From positions 1 through 35,333 of the forward strand of contig BLSG01000078.1 in the NCBI GenBank assembly GCA_012862495.1: 35,333 nt of DNA, in the 5' to 3' direction. The notes below the pieces were generated by a model. The model was not told the origin of the DNA, did not search any database, and saw only the letters and a program-made list of their open reading frames with translations. The first letter of the stretch is position 1, and each line of letters starts with the position of its first letter. Below are positions 32,801 through 35,333 of the stretch, piece after piece. Both the position numbers and the translations under genes were made by a program. This DNA comes from Thraustochytrium aureum. Lineage: Eukaryota.

Positions 32801-34413
32801 CCAGGGCAGCGCTACCGAGTCCGGGTCCAGCTCGTCGTCGCTTGCCGGGACTGGCTCAGCGCCACGGCACAACCACCCCCTGGTCGCCGCGCCGGCAGGG
32901 CCGGCAGACCCGCCCGGCGGGCCTCCGCGGCGCCGCGGGCGTAGCTCGAGCATCGGGAGCGCTGGAAGCCAGTCCACGCGGCGCACGAGCTCGATTGGGA
33001 GCAACCGCGGCAATGCGGAGCGCGGACCCAACGACGGCGAGAGCCGCAAGCTCCACGACGGCTTGCAGCGCTCGTGGGTCACGCTCAGCGACCACTTTGA
33101 CGACTCGTGGATGGACCTCAGCGAGCAAATCATGGATGTGTACACCCAGCGGACGGACGGGACCTACATCGAGCGCAAGGGGAGCTCGATCGTGTGGCAG
33201 TTCCGCGACGCCGAGCCCGAATTCGGAGCGCTGCAGGCCGCCGAGCTCCAAGACCACCTTCACGGGGTTCTCAAGGCTTTCCCAATCGAAGTGGTCTCGG
33301 GCAAGGGCTACGTCGAAGTGTGCCCGCAGGGCGTCGACAAGGGCAACGCGTGCGCGCACATCCTCGGCATGCTCTGGCCCAACGAATCGCTTCCCGACTT
33401 TGTTTTGTGCCTCGGCGATGACATTGCGGACGAGGCCATGTTTGAGTTTTTCCTCCAGCTCTACTCGGAGCACGACGCGATCTCCAGCCGGGCACGCTCG
33501 CCCTCTGCTGACGTTGCTGCGCCGGGCGGCGCGAGTGGCGGGCCTACGACCCCGGCAGTGCCCTTGGGGGGCGGGCCAAGCCCGCGCATTGCGCAGGTGC
33601 AGCTCGAGTCGAGCATCTTGTCGCGCGACACGAGCAGCCGCTTCGGATCGCTGGAGCGGCTCCTCCCCGTCGAGCAGGAAGACCTGCAAGGCAGCAAGCT
33701 GTTCACCTGCGTCGTCGGCGAAAAGCCTTCTGTCGCGCAGTACTTTGTCAACGACGTCGACGAGGTCGCCGAGCTCCTCAGTGTGCTCGCCAAGGTCTCC
33801 ACCAAGCTCGAGGTNNNNNNNNNNNNNNNNNNNNCTGTGTCGCCGTCCGCGCTGGAACGCAAGTCGTACGACTCGTACCAGTCGCTCGTCCGGCGACGTA
33901 GTAGTAAGACCCCGCCGCCGCGGCTCTCTGCGGCCCCAATCGATGAGGAGGGGCCAGAGGCCTCCGCGCTTGTGGTGCCTTCTTCGCGCGTTCGCGGGCC
34001 AGAGCCTCGACGCCGACGCCGGGTCCTTGGGCGCCGCTGCGCTGGCCGCCAGCAAGCGCGCCGTGGCAGCCGCGAGACAGCGTGGTCCAGCCAATGAGCT
34101 GCCCAGCGCGCCGCCTCAGTATGGTGCGCGGCCGCCGCCTCGCTCGCCCATCGAAGCCATGCTCACAAGCTCTGGCTACACAGGGGAGGCGGCCGCTGCG
34201 GTGGCCACGCTGGCAGCGACGGCCGCCAAGCACCACCAGTCGTTCCTGGACCTTCGCCTCGTGGAGCTCGCAAACCAGAGTAACCTGATGGCCTCCGCAT
34301 CAATGCCCGCGCTTTCAGAGTACTTTAGCCTCGACGTCTCCCAGCCCACCTCAACCACGGCGCAAGAGTACCTTGACCTCGTTGCGGACGACGACGACGG
34401 GATTATGTTTTGA
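29833..34413 (+). CDS. CBM20 + GT20 trehalose-6-phosphate synthase + HAD trehalose-phosphatase fusion (TPS/TPP-like); apparent slips at ~30180 and ~33985, two internal gaps
   Basis: CBM20: VTFRVTAPVRYGETIYVVGDAPALG..W..YNY..RWE. GT20: AYRSVNQSFAEKVVE, IGLFIHSPFPSSEIFRTL..RDDILRGML.AD.IGFH, ILSEF. TPP: LDYGGT, IVSGR, AEHG, YTQRTDGTYIERK, GKGYVEV.PQGVDKG, CLGDDIADEAMF. The true C-terminus (...DDDDGIMF*) is in the 32590 frame. The start could lie upstream in the gap. Confidence 0.9.
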
Positions 34414-34523
34414 GTGCCTATCCGAGGGAAATGAGAAATGACTTCAAAATCTTTTTAAAAACACGTCCCGGGCCGGCCCTGGGCCTGAGCTGCCCAGCAG
34501 GGAGCCTGGGCGAGCACCATTGG

Positions 34524-35333
34524 CTAGGCCTCGTCCGCTGCCAAGGGCACCGGCTTTTCCGCGTCGCGCCGCGCAGCTAGAGGCTCGACGCTCGTCGCAG
34601 CGCGGATGTCTTGCAAGCTAAAGTCTTCTACCTGGACAAAAGTCACGCCTTGGCCGTCAAACAGCGACACGCGCAGCTTGGTTCCGCTCTCCTCGCACGC
34701 TTGCGCGAGCTTCCGCAGCTCGCGCACTGGCGGAACGCGGTCTGCTGGCCGCGTCGTAGCAACCTGAAAATTGGCGGGCCCGCGACCTGCAACGCTGAAC
34801 GTCGCCTGCGGCGTGTACGCGTCGAAACGGAGTACAACGCGGCTCCCTGCGCTCGGGGGGGCAGGGCTTGAGGTTTCAGTGGCTCCGGACAGACGCTGTT
34901 GCGCCGCAGCCACGAGCCCCTCCCCGTCCGTAGCCCAATCGCCGGCCCGAAACACGTTGAAGCGCAACTTTTTCAGCGCAACGTACGCGTAATAGTCTTC
35001 AAGCGCGACGCCGTGGGCTGCAAGGCCCGCGTATGCGAGCTCGTAGGCGGCCTCAGTGCCGAGTACAGTAAACTTGCTGTCCGCATCTCGCTTCACGGCG
35101 ACTGCGCCAGCCTCGCGCTCCTCCTCCGTCTGCCCATCCTCGGCCTCGTGCTCGCCGATGTCGAGCTCCCCCTCTGAGACCAAGAACGCGGTTTCCTCGG
35201 GAAACAGCCACCGAGCGCCGCGTACATGGCCGCCCATCCGCCCGATGTGTTTCCCGCGGCTCAGCACGACCCTCGCTAGCATGGTCGCCGCGTCCCACAC
35301 CGCGAACGGCACGCGCTTCCGCCGCGCTTCAAC
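34524..35333 (-). CDS. TSEN54: tRNA-splicing endonuclease subunit Sen54 (5' end beyond the window)
   Basis: Sen54 N-terminal pattern W....ARVVLSRGKHIGRMG...WLFPEETAFLVSEGEL, then YYAYVALKKLRFNVFR and C-terminal FDAY.P..F...P.NF.V...P...L...LRVSLFDGQGVTF. The frame is open to the window edge. Confidence 0.8.
   Translation of the reverse strand, partial: VEARRKRVPFAVWDAATMLARVVLSRGKHIGRMGGHVRGARWLFPEETAFLVSEGELDIGEHEAEDGQTEEEREAGAVAVKRDADSKFTVLGTEAAYELAYAGLAAHGVALEDYYAYVALKKLRFNVFRAGDWATDGEGLVAAAQQRLSGATETSSPAPPSAGSRVVLRFDAYTPQATFSVAGRGPANFQVATTRPADRVPPVRELRKLAQACEESGTKLRVSLFDGQGVTFVQVEDFSLQDIRAATSVEPLAARRDAEKPVPLAADEA

Noticed and set aside
1..35333. Functional gene cluster, mobile element, viral insert or RNA gene
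   Set aside because: The neighbours are functionally unrelated eukaryotic genes. I saw no transposase, RT, integrase, capsid, terminal repeat, tRNA or rRNA signature, although ~4.5 kb is unsequenced.

Overview
This is a GC-rich, intron-poor eukaryotic nuclear window, not a prokaryotic one. Gene content and style suggest a stramenopile, possibly a labyrinthulomycete/thraustochytrid (inference only). It comes from a draft assembly with ten N-gaps: 4816-5774, 7763-7906, 10588-10735, 13142-14061, 18182-18367, 23210-23355, 26607-26985, ~29378-29819, 31321-31657 and 33815-33834. Twelve protein-coding genes are supported, in this order: MFS_5/MFSD5-type molybdate-anion transporter (+); FG-nucleoporin Nup62/Nsp1 (-); plant-type CCR4 deadenylase (+); two head-to-head paralogous type-II membrane sulfotransferases with a ~61-bp minisatellite between them; a beta-propeller-like/LamG (ConA-like) protein (+); condensin kleisin CAP-H (+); complex I subunit NDUFB3/B12 (-); an uncharacterised spliced ~5-TM Cys-rich membrane protein (+); an ABCG half-transporter (+); a CBM20-TPS-TPP trehalose-phosphate synthase/phosphatase-like protein with degenerate catalytic motifs (+); and tRNA-splicing endonuclease subunit Sen54 (-, cut by the window edge). 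About 11 apparent frameshifts, nearly all at short homopolymer or dinucleotide runs, split real genes across the ORF track and are most likely sequencing under-calls. No RNA gene, CRISPR array or mobile element was recognised, and I found no clear multi-gene novel system. The best leads are single-gene oddities: the pseudo-enzyme-like TPS, the Prm1/prominin-like membrane protein and the sulfotransferase pair.
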